A stretch of DNA of 64,000 nt from an uncultured Thermoplasmata archaeon. GTDB taxonomy: Archaea > Thermoplasmatota > Thermoplasmata > Lutacidiplasmatales > UBA184. The notes beneath the pieces are model-generated. The model was not told the DNA's origin. It worked only from the letters and a program-made list of their open reading frames with translations, and did no database searches. The stretch lies in assembly GCA_963804505.1 (NCBI GenBank), contig CAWDQP010000010.1:123330-187329 (forward strand), in the 5' to 3' direction. Below, one piece after another: positions 63,092 to 64,000 of the stretch. Position numbers and translations under genes: made by a program. Within the stretch, counting starts at the first letter, position 1. Every line of letters begins with the position of its first letter.

Positions 63092-63859
63092 GGTGGGTCG
63101 TGAACACCTCGGTGACGTACGGCAGTTCGACCCGCGGCCGGCCCGGGTCGCGGGGTTTGTCCGGATCAGCTCCCGGATCTCTGCCGCCACGCGGCGGCGT
63201 TCTGGCTCCGGGCAGGACCGCGACCACGCTCACCGAGAGGAACCGGTCGACGACCTCCGCGGGGGTCAGCCGCTGCACGTGCGAGAAGACACGTCGGCGG
63301 AGGGCCGAGAACGGGCTCCCCCGGGCCCGGATCGCCGCCTTCCAGATCCGTTCCCGCGAGAGATGCGCCCGACCGTACCGGTCGAGTATCTTCGAGACCC
63401 GTCGGGACCAATCGATCGACTCGTCCCGGACGTTCCAGACGAGCCCCAACCCTCCGCCCGGTCGCAGGACCCGGGCGATCTCCTGCATCGCCTCCCGGTG
63501 ACGGAACCACTGGAACGCCTGCGCGACCACGACCGCGTCCGCGATCCCGTCGGGCAGGGGGATCGCCTCCGCCGTGCCCGGGAGAAGAAGGACGCGGGGA
63601 AGCTCCCGCGCGAAGACACGGCGCATGCCGGGAGTCGGCTCGACCGCGACCACCGCGCTGCGGAGCGGGAGGATCGCACGCGTGAACTTCCCGGTCCCGC
63701 TGCCAAGCTCGACGATCGTTCGGCGGGGGCCGAGGCCCAGCGCGCGGCCCAGGTACCGGGCCGCCGCGGGGGGTACCCGGGGCGGCCCCGTTCGTACGCC
63801 TCGGCGCTCCGGTCGAACCCGCGGACCGCGGGATGGGTCCGGAACCGGGGTGTCGTCAC
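63081..63859 (-). CDS. Class I SAM-dependent methyltransferase (Methyltransf_11-like; frameshifted)
   Basis: AEAYERGRPGYP, ELGSGTGKFT, AVEP, GTAEAIPLPD, AQAFQWF and RVLRPGG.LGLVWN. Confidence 0.88.
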
Positions 63860-64000
63860 GGGGTCCCCCGTCGTGGAGGGGTACGCGAGCGCCCGGCGCG
63901 CCGCGGTCGGGGGAGGACGAGCTGGCCCTCGGCGGCGTCCCCCAGGACGAGCGACCGTCCGGCGAGATGCTCCCGGCCCGTGTACGCGCACATGACGGCG

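Noticed and set aside
1..64000. Widespread frameshifts read as pseudogenes or programmed frameshifting
   Set aside because: They hit essential genes (tyrS, rpl7ae, rps28e, glyA, glnA), often in G/C runs, which is the signature of long-read indel errors
1..64000. Many long Arg/Pro/Gly-rich ORFs in the ORF track (e.g. 23677..25605, 24356..26224, 31784..33487, 44361..46298, 49991..52111)
   Set aside because: Shadow or antisense ORFs expected at high GC; they overlap well-supported genes and lack motifs
62308..64000. CRISPR-Cas locus suggested by the Cas4-like gene
   Set aside because: No repeat-spacer array or other cas genes are visible in the window

Overview
High-GC archaeal chromosomal DNA, most consistent with Thermoplasmatota (inferred from the rpl7ae-rps28e-rpl24e cluster, archaeal TyrRS, an Alu-domain SRP RNA and thermopsin-type 'FTETGLP..W' surface domains). 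Many clearly conserved genes, including glnA, glyA, tyrS, rpl7ae and rps28e, are broken by single-base indels. This points to an unpolished long-read assembly, so I reconstructed gene models across frames and the boundaries are approximate. About 4-20.5 kb is an accessory-looking stretch of surface glycoproteins, orphan membrane proteins and a gene flanked by a direct repeat. It is followed by a GT4-MscS-HAD-GH15 osmolyte locus, a fluoride riboswitch with crcB, amino-acid/nitrogen genes, tRNA-Leu(CAG), SRP RNA and translation genes. The most notable items are: (i) a two-gene split Cas4-like nuclease in which both halves carry a transmembrane helix, right after rpl24e and with no CRISPR array or cas1; (ii) an orphan VirD4/HerA-like ATPase apparently fused to a wHTH and a PD-(D/E)xK-like domain; (iii) a candidate two-hairpin sRNA beside tRNA-Leu; (iv) an SRP RNA with a UGAC helix-8 loop. 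No CRISPR array, integrase or transposase was recognised.
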